A DNA stretch of 64,000 nucleotides from Bugula neritina (lineage: Eukaryota; Animalia; Bryozoa), in contig CAXIUT010000230.1 of the NCBI GenBank assembly GCA_964035545.1, forward strand, positions 1,240,001 to 1,304,000, given 5' to 3'. The notes below the pieces were generated by a model, which saw only the letters and a list, made by a program, of their open reading frames with translations, ran no database searches and was not told where the DNA came from. Both the position numbers and the translations under genes were made by a program. Shown piece by piece: positions 46,901 through 63,980 of this stretch (the first letter of the stretch is position 1; each line of letters begins with the position of its first letter).

Positions 46901-49900
46901 TGAAATACACTGTGACACACTGAAATACACTGAAACATAATGCAACATACTGCAACATACTGAAATACACTGTAACATATCGAAATACACTGCAACATAC
47001 TGCAACATACTGCAACATACTGAAATACACCGTAACATATCGAAATACACTTCAACATACTGCAACATACTGAAATGCACCGGAACATAATGGAATACCC
47101 TGCAACACATTGAAATATACTGCAACAGACTGAAACATAAGGTAACACAATGAAGTATACTGCGACACATTAAAATATACTGCAACATACTGTAATAGAC
47201 TGCAACATACTGAAATGTAATGTAATATACAGAAATGTACTGTAACATACTGAATTGCACTCTAACATACTGAAATATGCTGTAGCATACTGAAATACAC
47301 TGCAACACACTGAGGTATACTGTAATACACTGAAATGTGATGCAACATACTGAATTATACTGCAACATAGTGCAACATACTGAAATACACTACAACAATC
47401 TGCAACATACTGAATTACACCGGAACATATAGAAATACACTGCGACACATTGAAACATACTGCAACATACTGAAATACACTGGGACACATTGAAATACAC
47501 TGCAAAATACTGCAACATACTGCAACATACTGAAATACATTGCAACACATTAAAATATACTGCAACATACTGAAACATACTGAAATATACTGCAACACAC
47601 TGAAACATACGGCAACATACCGAAATAAACTGCGACACGTTGAAAATTACTGCAACATACTGAAATATACTGCGACGCCTTAAAATATACTGCAACATAC
47701 TGAAATAGACTGCAAGTGGTGCAACATACTGAAATACCTTGTGACACACTGAAATACACTGCAACATACCGCAACCTACTGAAATACAATGAAACATATT
47801 GAAATACACTGCAACACATTGAAATATACTGCAACATACTGAAATACACTATAACATATTGAAACATAGTGCAACATACTGCAACATACTGAAATACACT
47901 GTAACATATCGAAATACACTGCAACATACTGCAACATACTGCAACATACTAAAATACACTGCAACACATTAAAATATACTGCAACATACTGAAACATACT
48001 GCAACATACTGAAGTACACTGTGACACCCTGAAATACACTGCAACATACTGCAACATACTGCAACATACTGAATTACACTGGAACATATTGATATACACT
48101 GCAACACATTGAAATATACTGCAACACACTGAACCATAAGGTAACACAATGAAGTATACTGCGACACATTAAAATATACTGCCACATACTGAAATAGACT
48201 GCAACATACTGAGATGTAATGTAATATACAGAAATGTACTGTAACATATTGAATTACACTCTAACATACTGAAATATGCTGTAGCATACTGAAATACACT
48301 GTAACACACTGAAGTATACTGTAATACACTGAAATGTGATGCAACATACTGAATTATACTGCAACATAGTGCAACATACTGAAATACACTACAACAAACT
48401 GCAACATACTGAAATACACTGGAACATATTGAAATACACTGCGACACATTGAAACATACTGCAACATACTGAAATACACTGGGACACATTGAAATACACT
48501 GCAACATACTGCAACATACTGCAACATACTGCAACATACTGAAATACATTGCAACACATTAAAATATACTGCAACATACTGAAACCTACTGCAACCTACT
48601 GAAAAATACTGCAACACACTGAAACATACGGCAACATACCGAAATAAACTGCGACACGTTGAAAATTACTGCAACATACTGAAATATACTGCGACGCCTT
48701 AAAATATACTGCAACATACTGAAATAGACTGCAAGTGGTGCAACATACTGAAATACACTGTGACACACTGAAATACACTGCAACATACTGCAACATACTG
48801 CGACATACTGAAATATTGTGCGACACAATAAAATATACTGCAACATATCGAAATATACTGTAACATACTGCAACATACTAAAATACACTGCAACACATTA
48901 AAATATACTGCAACATACTGAAACATACTGCAACATACTGAAATACACTGTGACACCCTGAAATACACTGCAACATACTGCAACATACTGCAACATACTG
49001 AATTACACTGGAACATATTGATATACACTGCAACACATTGAAATATACTGCAACACACTGAAACATGCGGCAATATACCGAAATATACTGCGACACCTTG
49101 AAAAATACTGGGACATACGAAATATACTGCAAGTGGTGCAACATACTGAAATACAATGTGACACACTAGAATACACTGCAACATACTGCAACATACTGCA
49201 ACATACTGAAATATTGTGCGACACATTGAAATATTCTGCAACGTATTGAAATATACTGTAACATACTGCAACATACTAAAATACACTGCAACATACTGAA
49301 ATACATTGCAACACATTAAAATATACTGCAACATACTGCAACATACTGAAATATTGTGCGACACATTGAAATATACTGCAACATATTGAAATATACTGTA
49401 ACATACTGCAACATACTAAAATACACTGCAACATACTGAAATACATAGCAACACATTAAAATAAACTGCGACATACTGAAACATACTGCAACATGCTGAA
49501 ATATACTGCAACATACTGAAATACACTATAACATATTGAAATATACTGCAACATACTGAATTACACTCTAACATACTGAAATATGCTGTAGCATACTGAA
49601 ATACACTGCAACACACTGAAGTATACTCTAATACACTGAAATGTAATGCAACATACTGAATTATACTGCAACATAGTGCAACATACTGAAATACACTGTG
49701 ACACACTGAAATACACTGAAACATAATGCAACATACTGCAACATACTGAAATACACTGTAACATATCGAAATACACTGCAACATACTGCAACATACTGCA
49801 ACATACTGAAATACACCGTAACATATCGAAATACACTTCAACATACTGCAACATACTGAAATGCACCGGAACATAATGGAATACCCTGCAACACATTGAA

Positions 49901-52900
49901 AAATACTGCAACAGACTGAAACATAAGGTTACACAATGAAGTATACTGCGACACATTAAAATATACTGCAACATACTGTAATAGACTGCAACATACTGAA
50001 ATGTAATGTAATATACAGAAATGTACTGTAACATACTGAATTGCACTCTAACATACTGAAATATGCTGTAGCATACTGAAATACACTGCAACACACTGAG
50101 GTATACTGTAATACACTGAAATGTGATGCAACATACTGAATTATACTGCAACATAGTGCAACATACTGAAATACACTACAACAATCTGCAACATACTGAA
50201 ATACACCGGAACATATAGAAATACACTGCGACACATTGAAACATACTGCAACATACTGAAATACACTGGGACACATTGAAATACACTGCAAAATACTGCA
50301 ACATACTGCAACATACTGAAATACATTGCAACACATTAAAATATACTGCAACATACTGAAACATACTGAAATATACTGCAACACACTGAAACATACGGCA
50401 ACATACCGAAATAAACTGCGACACGTTGAAAATTACTGCAACATACTGAAATATACTGCGACGCCTTAAAATATACTGCAACATACTGAAATAGACTGCA
50501 AGTGGTGCAACATACTGAAATACCTTGTGACACACTGAAATACACTGCAACATACTGCAACATACTGAAATATTGTGCGACACAATAAAATATACTGCAA
50601 CATATTGAAATATACTGTAACATACTGAACCATATGGCAACATACCGAAATTTACTGCGACACACTGAAAAATACTGCAACATACGAATTATACTTCAAG
50701 TGGTACAACATACTGAAATACAATGTGACACACTGAAATGCACTGCAACATACTGCAACATACTGCAACATACTGAAATATTGTGCGACACATTGAAATA
50801 TACTGCAACGTATTGAAATATACTGTAACATACTGCAACATACTAAAATACACTGCAACATACTGAAATACATTGCAACACATTAAAATATACTGCGACA
50901 TACTGAAACATACTGCAACATGCTGAAATATACTGCAACATACTGAAATACACTATAACATATTGAAATATACTGCAACATACTGAATTACACTCTAACA
51001 TACTGAAATATGCTGTAGCATACTGAAATACACTGCAACACACTGAAGTATACTGTAATACACTGAAATGTAATGCAACATACTGAATTATACTGCAACA
51101 TAGTGCAACATACTGAAATACACTGTGACACACTGAAATACACTGAAACATAATGCAACATACTGCAACATACTGAAATACACTGTAACATATCGAAATA
51201 CACTGCAACATACTGCAACATACTGCAACATACTGAAATACACTACAACATACTGCAACATACTGAAATACACTGGAACATATTAAAATACACTGCGACA
51301 CATTGAAACATACTGCAACATACTGAAATATACTGCAAGATACTTCAACATACTGAAACAGACTGTGACATACTGAAATACACTGCAACATACTGCAAGA
51401 TACCGCAACCTACTGAAATACACTGAAACATATTGAAATACACTGCATCATACTGCAACATACTGAATTACACTGGAACATATTGATATACACTGCAACA
51501 CATTGAAATATACTGCAACACACTGAAACATATGGCAATATACCAAAATATACTGCGACACCTTGAAAAATACTGCAACATACGAAATATACTGCAAGTG
51601 GTGCAACATACTGAAATACAATGTGACATACTGCAACATACTGAAATATACTGCAAGATACCGCAACCTACTGAAATACACTGTAACATATTGAAAGACA
51701 CTGCATCATACTGCAACATACTGAATTACACTGGAACATATTGATATACACTGCAACACATTCAAATATACTGCAACACACTGAAACATGCGGCAATATA
51801 CCGAAATATACTGTGACACCTTGAAAAATACTGCGACATACGAAATATACTGCAAGTGGTGCAACATACTGAAATACAATGTGACACACTAGAATACACT
51901 GCAACATACTGCAACATACTGCAACATACTGAAATAGTGTGCGACACATTGAAATATTCTGCAACGTATTGAAATATACTGTAACATACTGCAACATACT
52001 AAAATACACTGCAACATACTGAAATACATTGCAACACATTAAAATATACTGCGACATACTGAAACATACTGCAACATGCTGAAATATACTGCAATATACT
52101 GAAATACACTATAACATATTGAAATATACTGCAACATACTGAATTACACTCTAACATACTGAAATATGCTGTAGCATACTGAAATACACTGCAACACACT
52201 GAAGTATACTGTAATACACTGAAATGTAATGCAACATACTGAATTATACTGCAACATAGTGCAACATACTGAAATACACTGTGACACACTGAAATACACT
52301 GAAACATAATGCAACATACTGCAACATACTGAAATACACTGTAACATATCGAAATGCACTGCAACATACTGCAACATACTGCAACATACTGAAATACACC
52401 GTAACATATCGAAATACACTTCAACATACTGCAACATACTGAAATGCACCGGAACATAATGGAATACCCTGCAACACATTGAAACATACTGCAACATACT
52501 GAAATACACTGGGACACATTGAAATACACTGCAAAATACTGCAACATACTGCAACATACTGAAATACATTGCAACACATTAAAATATACTGCAACATACT
52601 GAAACATACTGAAATATACTGCAACACACTGAAACATACGGCAACATACCGAAATAAACTGCGACACGTTGAAAATTACTGCAACATACTGAAATATACT
52701 GCGACGCCTTAAAATATACTGCAACATACTGAAATAGACTGCAAGTGGTGCAACATACTGAAATACCTTGTGACACACTGAAATACACTGCAACATACCG
52801 CAACCTACTGAAATACAATGAAACATATTGAAATACACTGCAACACATTGAAATATACTGCAACATACTGAAATACACTATAACATATTGAAACATAATG

Positions 52901-55900
52901 CAACATACTGCAACATACTGAAATACACTGTAACATATCGAAATACACTGCAACATACTGCAACATACTGCAACATACTAAAATACACTGCAACACATTA
53001 AAATATACTGCAACATACTGAAACATACTGCAACATACTGAAGTACACTGTGACACCCTGAAATACACTGCAACATACTGCAACATACTGCAACATACTG
53101 AATTACACTGGAACATATTGATATACACTGCAACACATTGAAATATACTGCAACACACTGAACCATAAGGTAACACAATGAAGTATACTGCGACACATTA
53201 AAATATACTGCAACATACTGAAATAGACTGCAACATACTGAGATGTAATGTAATATACAGAAATGTACTGTAACATATTGAATTACACTCTAACATACTG
53301 AAATATGCTGTAGCATACTGAAATACACTGCAACACACTGAAGTATACTGTAATACACTGAAATGTGATGCAACATACTGAATTATACTGCAACATAGTG
53401 CAACATACTGAAATACACTACAACAAACTGCAACATACTGAAATACACTGGAACATATTGAAATACACTGCGACACATTGAAACATACTGCAACATACTG
53501 AAATACACTGGGACACATTGAAATACACTGCAACATACTGCAACATACTGCAACATACTGCAACATACTGAAATACATTGCAACACATTAAAATATACTG
53601 CAACATACTGAAACCTACTGCAACTTACTGAAAAATACTGCAACACACTGAAACATACGGCAACATACCGAAATAAACTGCGACACGTTGAAAATTACTG
53701 CAACATACTGAAATATACTGCGACGCCTTAAAATATACTGCAACATACTGAAATAGACTGCAAGTGGTGCAACATACTGAAATACACTGTGACACACTGA
53801 AATACACTGCAACATACTGCAACATACTGCAACATACTGAAATATTGTGCGACACAATAAAATATACTGCAACATATCGAAATATACTGTAACATACTGC
53901 AACATACTAAAATACACTGCAACACATTAAAATATACTGCAACATACTGAAACATACTGCAACATACTGAAATACACTGTGACACCCTGAAATACACTGC
54001 AACATACTGCAACATACTGAATTACACTGGAACATATTGATATACACTGCAACACATTGAAATATACTGCAACACACTGAAACATGCGGCAATATACCGA
54101 AATATACTGCGACACCTTGAAAAATACTGGGACATACGAAATATACTGCAAGTGGTGCAACATACTGAAATACAATGTGACACACTAGAATACACTGCAA
54201 CATACTGCAACATACTGCAACATACTGAAATATTGTGCGACACATTGAAATATTCTGCAACGTATTGAAATATACTGTAACATACTGCAACATACTAAAA
54301 TACACTGCAACATACTGAAATACATTGCAACACATTAATATATACTGCAACATACTGCAACATACTGCAACATACTGAAATATTGTGCGACACATTGAAA
54401 TATACTGCAACATATTGAAATATACTGTAACATACTGCAACATACTAAAATACACTGCAACATACTGAAATACATAGCAACACATTAAAATAAACTGCGA
54501 CATACTGAAACATACTGCAACATGCTGAAATATACTGCAACATACTGAAATACACTATAACATATTGAAATATACTGCAACATACTGAATTACACTCTAA
54601 CATACTGAAATATGCTGTAGCATACTGAAATACACTGCAACACACTGAAGTATACTGTAATACACTGAAATGTAATGCAACATACTGAAATACACTACAA
54701 CATACTGCAACATACTGAAATTCACTGGAACATATTAAAATACACTGCGACACATTGAAACATACTGCAACATACTGAAATATACTGCAAGATACTTCAA
54801 CATACTGAAACAGACTGTGACATACTGAAATACACTGCAACATACTGCAAGATACCGCAACCTACTGAAATACACTGAAACATATTGAAATACACTGCAT
54901 CATACTGCAACATACTGAATTACAGTGGAACATATTGATATACACTGCAACACATTGAAATATACTGCAACACACTGAAACATATGGCAATATACCAAAA
55001 TATACTGCGACACCTTGAAAAATACTGCAACATACGAAATATACTGCAAGTGGTGCAACATACTGAAATACAATGTGACATACTGCAACATACTGAAATA
55101 TACTGCAAGATACCGCAACCTACTGAAATACACTGTAACATATTGAAATACACTGCATCATACTGCAACATACTGAATTACACTGGAACATATTGATATA
55201 CACTGCAACACATTCAAATATACTGCAACACACTGAAACATGCGGCAATATACCGAAATATACTGCGACACCTTGAAAAATACTGCGACATACGAAATAT
55301 ACTGTAAGTGGTGCAACATACTGAAATACAATGTGACACACTAGAATACACTGCAACATACTGCAACATACTGCAACATACTGAAATAGTGTGCGACACA
55401 TTGAAATATTCTGCAACGTATTGAAATATACTGTAACATACTGCAACATACTAAAATACACTGCAACATACTGAAATACATTGCAACACATTAAAATATA
55501 CTGCGACATACTGAAACATACTGCAACATGCTGAAATATACTGCAATATACTGAAATACACTATAACATATTGAAATATACTGCAACATACTGAATTACA
55601 CTCTAACATACTGAAATATGCTGTAGCATACTGAAATACACTGCAACACACTGAAGTATACTGTAATACACTGAAATGTAATGCAACATACTGAGTTATA
55701 CTGCAACATAGTGCAACATACTGAAATACACTGTGACACACTGAAATACACTGAAACATAATGCAACATACTGCAACATACTGAAATACACTGTAACATA
55801 TCGAAATGCACTGCAACATACTGCAACATACTGCAACATACTGAAATACACCGTAACATATCGAAATACACTTCAACATACTGCAACATACTGAAATGCA

Positions 55901-58900
55901 CCGGAACATAATGGAATACCCTGCAACACATTGAAATATACTGCAACAGACTGAAACATAAGGTAACACAAAGAAGTATACTGCGACACATTAAAATATA
56001 CTGCAACATACTGAAATAGACTGCAACATACTGAAATGTAATGTAATATACAGAAATGTACTGTAACATACTGAATTACACTCTAACATACTGAAATATG
56101 CTGTAGCATACTGAAATACACTGCAACACACTGAAGTATACTGTAATACACTGAAATGTGATGCAACACACTGAATTATACTGCAACATAGTGCAACATA
56201 CTGAAATACACTACAACAAACTGCAACATACTGAAATACACTAGAACATTTTGAAATACACTGCGACACATTGAAACATACTGCAACATACTGAAATACA
56301 CTGGGACACATTGAAATACACTGCAACATACTGCAACATACTGCAACATACTGAAATACATTGCAACACATTAAAATATACTGCAACATACTGAAACCTA
56401 CTGCAACATACTGAAATATACTGCAACACACTGAAACATACGACAACATACCGAAATAAACTGCGACACGTTGAAAATTACTGCAACATACTGAAATATA
56501 CTGCGACGCCTTAAAATATACTGCAACATACTGAAATAGACTGCAAGTGGTGCAACATACTGAAATACACTGTGACACACTGAAATACACTGCAACATAC
56601 TGAAACATACTGCAACATACTGAAATACACTGTGACACCCTGAAATACACTGCAACATACTGCAACATACTGCAACATACTGAATTACACTGGAACATAT
56701 TGATATACACTGCAACACATTGAAATATACTGCAACACACTGAACCATATGGCAACATACCGAAATTTACTGCGACACACTGAAAAATACTGCAACATAC
56801 GAATTATACTTCAAGTGGTACAACATACTGAAATACAATGTGACACACTGAAATACACTGCAACATACTGCAACATACTGCAACATACTGAAATATTGTG
56901 CGACACATTGAAATATACTGCAACGTATTGAAATATACTGTAACATACTGCAACATACTAAAATACACTGCAACATACTGAAATACATTGCAACACATTA
57001 AAATATACTGCGACATACTGAAACATACTGCAACATGCTGAAATATACTGCAACATACTGAAATACACTATAACATATTGAAATATACTGCAACATACTG
57101 AATTACACTCTAACATACTGAAATATGCTGTAGCATACTGAAATACACTGCAACACACTGAAGTATACTGTAATACACTGAAATGTAATGCAACATACTG
57201 AATTATACTGCAACATAGTGCAACATACTGAAATACACTGTGACACACTGAAATACACTGAAACATAATGCAACATACTGCAACATACTGAAATACACTG
57301 TAACATATCGAAATACACTGCAACATACTGCAACATACTGCAACATACTGAAATACACTACAACATACTGCAACATACTGAAATACACTGGAACATATTG
57401 AAATACACTGCGACACATTGAAACATACTGCAACATACTGAAATTTACTGCAAGATACTGCAACATACTGAAACAGACTGTGACATACTGAAATACACTG
57501 CAACATACTGCAAGATACCGCAACCTACTGATATACACTGAAACATATTGAAATACAGTGCATCATACTGCCACATACTGAATTACACTGGAACATATTG
57601 ATATACACTGCAACACATTGAAATATACTGCAACACACTGAAACATACGGCAATATACCAAAATATACTGCGACACCTTGAAAAATACTGCAACATACAA
57701 AATATACTGCAAGTGGGGCAACATACTGAAATACACTGTGACATACTGAAATACACTGCAACATACTGCAGGATACTGCAACGTACGGAAATACAGTGTA
57801 ACTTATTGAATTACACTGAATCATACTGCAACATACTGAGATACACTGGAACATATTGATATACACTGCAACACATTGAAATATACTGCAACACACTGAA
57901 CCATATGACAACATACCGAAATTTACTGCGACACACTGAAAAATTTTGCAACATACGAATTATACTTCAAGTGGTGCAACATTCTGAAATACAATGTGAC
58001 ACACTGAAATACACTGCAACATACTGCAACATACTGCAACATACTGAAATATTGTGCGACACATTGAAATATACTGCAACATATTGAAATATACTGTAAC
58101 ATACTGCAACATACTAAAATACACTGCAACATACTGAAATACATAGCAACACATTAAAATAAACTGCGACATACTGAAACATACTGCAACATGCTGAAAT
58201 ATACTGCAACATACTGAAATACACTATAACATATTGAAATATACTGCAACATACTGAATTACACTCTAACATACTGAAATATGCTGTAGCATACTGAAAT
58301 ACACTGCAACACACTGAAGTATACTGTAATACACTGAAATGTTATGCAACATACTGAATTATACTGCAACATAGTGCAACATACTGAAATACACTGTGAC
58401 ACACTGAAATACACTGAAACATAATGCAACATACTGCAACATACTGAAATACACTGTAACATATCGAAATACACTGCAACATACTGCAACATACTGCAAC
58501 ATACTGAAATACACCGTAACATATCGAAATACACTTCAACATACTGCAACATACTGAAATGCACCGGAACATAATGGAATACCCTGCAACACATTGAAAT
58601 ATACTGCAACAGACTGAAACATAAGGTAACACAATGAAGTATACTGCGACACATTAAAATATACTGCAACATACTGTAATAGACTGCAACATACTGAAAT
58701 GTAATGTAATATACAGAAATGTACTGTAACATACTGAATTGCACTCTAACATACTGAAATATGCTGTAGCATACTGAAATACACTGCAACACACTGAGGT
58801 ATACTGTAATACACTGAAATGTGATGCAACATACTGAATTATACTGCAACATAGTGCAACATACTGAAATACACTACAACAATCTGCAACATACTGAATT

Positions 58901-61900
58901 ACACCGGAACATATAGAAATACACTGCGACACATTGAAACATACTGCAACATACTGAAATACACTGGGACACATTGAAATACACTGCAAAATACGGCAAC
59001 ATACTGCAACATACTGAAATACATTGCAACACATTAAAATATACTGCAACATACTGAAACATACTGAAATATACTGCAACACACTGAAACATACGGCAAC
59101 ATACCGAAATAAACTGCGACACGTTGAAAATTACTGCAACATACTGAAATATACTGCGACGCCTTAAAATATACTGCAACATACTGAAATAGACTGCAAG
59201 TGGTGCAACATACTGAAATACCTTGTGACACACTGAAATACACTGCAACATACCGCAACCTACTGAAATACAATGAAACATATTGAAATACACTGCAACA
59301 CATTGAAATATACTGCAACATACTGAAATACACTATAACATATTGAAACATAATGCAACATACTGCAACATACTGAAATACACTGTAACATATCGAAATA
59401 CACTGCAACATACTGCAACATACTGCAACATACTAAAATACACTGCAACACATTAAAATATACTGCAACATACTGAAACATACTGCAACATACTGAAGTA
59501 CACTGTGACACCCTGAAATACACTGCAACATACTGCAACATACTGCAACATACTGAATTACACTGGAACATATTGATATACACTGCAACACATTGAAATA
59601 TACTGCAACACACTGAACCATAAGGTAACACAATGAAGTATACTGCGACACATTAAAATATACTGCAACATACTGAAATAGACTGCAACATACTGAGATG
59701 TAATGTAATATACAGAAATGTACTGTAACATATTGAATTACACTCTAACATACTGAAATATGCTGTAGCATACTGAAATACACTGTAACACACTGAAGTA
59801 TACTGTAATACACTGAAATGTGATGCAACATACTGAATTATACTGCAACATAGTGCAACATACTGAAATACACTACAACAAACTGCAACATACTGAAATA
59901 CACTGGAACATATTGAAATACACTGCGACACATTGAAACATACTGCAACATACTGAAATACACTGGGACACATTGAAATACACTGCAACATACTGCAACA
60001 TACTGCAACATACTGCAACATACTGAAATACATTGCAACACATTAAAATATACTGCAACATACTGAAACCTACTGCAACCTACTGAAAAATACTGCAACA
60101 CACTGAAACATACGGCAACATACCGAAATAAACTGCGACACGTTGAAAATTACTGCAACATACTGAAATATACTGCGACGCCTTAAAATATACTGCAACA
60201 TACTGAAATGGACTGCAAGTGGTGCAACATACTGAAATACACTGTGACACACTGAAATACACTGCAACATACTGCAACATACTGCGACATACTGAAATAT
60301 TGTGCGACACAATAAAATATACTGCAACATATCGAAATATACTGTAACATACTGCAACATACTAAAATACACTGCAACACATTAAAATATACTGCAACAT
60401 ACTGAAACATACTGCAACATACTGAAATACACTGTGACACCCTGAAATACACTGCAACATACTGCAACATACTGCAACATACTGAATTACACTGGAACAT
60501 ATTGATATACACTGCAACACATTGAAATATACTGCAACACACTGAAACATGCGGCAATATACCGAAATATACTGCGACACCTTGAAAAATACTGGGACAT
60601 ACGAAATATACTGCAAGTGGTGCAACATACTGAAATACAATGTGACACACTAGAATACACTGCAACATACTGCAACATACTGCAACATACTGAAATATTG
60701 TGCGACACATTGAAATATTCTGCAACGTATTGAAATATACTGTAACATACTGCAACATACTAAAATACACTGCAACATACTGAAATACATTGCAACACAT
60801 TAATATATACTGCAACATACTGCAACATACTGCAACATACTGAAATATTGTGCGACACATTGAAATATACTGCAACATATTGAAATATACTGTAACATAC
60901 TGCAACATACTAAAATACACTGCAACATACTGAAATACATAGCAACACATTAAAATAAACTGCGACATACTGAAACATACTGCAACATGCTGAAATATAC
61001 TGCAACATACTGAAATACACTATAACATATTGAAATATACTGCAACATACTGAATTACACTCTAACATACTGAAATATGCTGTAGCATACTGAAATACAC
61101 TGCAACACACTGAAGTATACTGTAATACACTGAAATGTAATGCAACATACTGAATTATACTGCAACATAGTGCAACATACTGAAATACACTGTGACACAC
61201 TGAAATACACTGAAACATAATGCAACATACTGCAACATACTGAAATACACTGTAACATATCGAAATACACTGCAATTATACTGCAACATACTGCAACATA
61301 CTGAAATACACCGTAACATATCGAAATACACTTCAACATACTGCAACATACTGAAATGCACCGGAACATAATGGAATACCCTGCAACACATTGAAAAATA
61401 CTGCAACAGACTGAAACATAAGGTTACACAATGAAGTATACTGCGACACATTAAAATATACTGCAACATACTGTAATGGACTGCAACATACTGAAATGTA
61501 ATGTAATATGCAGAAATGTACTGTAACATACTGAATTGCACTCTAACATACTGAAATATGCTGTAGCATACTGAAATACACTGCAACACACTGAGGTATA
61601 CTGTAATACACTGAAATGTGATGCAACATACTGAATTATACTGCAACATAGTGCAACATACTGAAATACACTACAACAATCTGCAACATACTGAAATACA
61701 CCGGAACATATAGAAATACACTGCGACACATTGAAACATACTGCAACATACTGAAATACACTGGGACACATTGAAATACACTGCAAAATACTGCAACATA
61801 CTGCAACATACTGAAATACATTGCAACACATTAAAATATACTGCAACATACTGAAACATACTGAAATATACTGCAACACACTGAAACATACGGCAACATA

Positions 61901-63980
61901 CCGAAATAAACTGCGACACGTTGAAAATTACTGCAACATACTGAAATATACTGCGACGCCTTAAAATATACTGCAACATACTGAAATAGACTGCATGTGG
62001 TGCAACATACTGAAATACCTTGTGACACACTGAAATACACTGCAACATACTGCAACATACTGAAATATTGTGCGACACAATAAAATATACTGCAACATAT
62101 TGAAATATACTGTAACATACTGAACCATATGGCAACATACCGAAATTTACTGCGACACACTGAAAAATACTGCAACATACGAATTATACTTCAAGTGGTA
62201 CAACATACTGAAATACAATGTGACACACTGAAATGCACTGCAACATACTGCAACATACTGCAACATACTGAAATATTGTGCGACACATTGAAATATACTG
62301 CAACGTATTGAAATATACTGTAACATACTGCAACATACTAAAATACACTGCAACATACTGAAATACATTGCAACACATTAAAATATACTGCGACATACTG
62401 AAACATACTGCAACATGCTGAAATATACTGCAACATACTGAAATACACTATAACATATTGAAATATACTGCAACATACTGAATTACACTCTAACATACTG
62501 AAATATGCTGTAGCATACTGAAATACACTGCAACACACTGAAGTATACTGTAATACACTGAAATGTAATGCAACATACTGAATTATACTGCAACATAGTG
62601 CAACATACTGAAATACACTGTGACACACTGAAATACACTGAAACAAAATGCAACATACTGCAACATACTGAAATACACTGTAACATATCGAAATACACTG
62701 CAACATACTGCAACATACTGCAACATACTGAAATACACTACAACATACTGCAACATACTGAAATTCACTGGAACATATTAAAATACACTGCGACACATTG
62801 AAACATACTGCAACATACTGAAATATACTGCAAGATACTTCAACATACTAAAACAGACTGTGACATACTGAAATACACTGCAACATACTGCAAGATACCG
62901 CAACCTACTGAAATACACTGAAACATATTGAAATACACTGCATCATACTGCAACATACTGAATTACACTGGAACATATTGATATACACTGCAACACATTG
63001 AAATATACTGCAACACACTGAAACATATGGCAATATACCAAAATATACTGCGACACCTTGAAAAATACTGCAACATACGAAATATACTGCAAGTGGTGCA
63101 ACATACTGAAATACAATGTGACATACTGCAACATACTGAAATATACTGCAAGATACCGCAACCTACTGAAATACACTGTAACATATTGAAATACACTGCA
63201 TCATACTGCAACATACTGAATTACACTGGAACATATTGATATACACTGCAACACATTCAAATATACTGCAACACACTGAAACATGCGGCAATATACCGAA
63301 ATATACTGCGACACCTTGAAAAATACTGCGACATACGAAATATACTGTAAGTGGTGCAACATACTGAAATACAATGTGACACACTAGAATACACTGCAAC
63401 ATACTGCAACATACTGCAACATACTGAAATAGTGTGCGACACATTGAAATATTCTGCAACGTATTGAAATATACTGTAACATACTGCAACATACTAAAAT
63501 ACACTGCAACATACTGAAATACATTGCAACACATTAAAATATACTGCGACATACTGAAACATACTGCAACATGCTGAAATATACTGCAATATACTGAAAT
63601 ACACTATAACATATTGAAATATACTGCAACATACTGAATTACACTCTAACATACTGAAATATGCTGTAGCATACTGAAATACACTGCAACACACTGAAGT
63701 ATACTGTAATACACTGAAATGTAATGCAACATACTGAATTATACTGCAACATAGTGCAACATACTGAAATACACTGTGACACACTGAAATACACTGAAAC
63801 ATAATGCAACATACTGCAACATACTGAAATACACTGTAACATATCGAAATGCACTGCAACATACTGCAACATACTGCAACATACTGAAATACACCGTAAC
63901 ATATCGAAATACACTTCAACATACTGCAACATACTGAAATGCACCGGAACATAATGGAATACCCTGCAACACATTGAAGT
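43050..63980. repeat. Older ~11.5-kb-offset duplication (~43050-52485 vs ~54685-63980) with internal indels
   Basis: ORF offsets step through 11634 (43350/54984), 11684 (44307/55991, 45065/56749), 11484 (46421/57905 to 49003/60487), 11494 (49416/60910) and 11495 (49956/61451 to 51999/63494). A private variant aaggttacac is shared (~49926/61420). Confidence 0.9.
47446..54686. repeat. Direct duplication with offset ~5029 bp (~47446-49657 copied at ~52475-54686)
   Basis: ORF pairs 47550/52579, 47776/52805, 48169/53198 and 49416/54445 are offset 5029. The pair 49003/54022 is offset 5019, consistent with a one-unit deletion later compensated by a one-unit gain. Confidence 0.88.

Noticed and set aside
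4501-63239. Recurrent + strand 60-77 aa ORFs (MATYRNLL..., MAIYQNIL...)
   Set aside because: They arise from chance ATG variants (ccatatgg, acatatgg) and frame slips at the 9-bp units. They recur only because the DNA blocks are duplicated.
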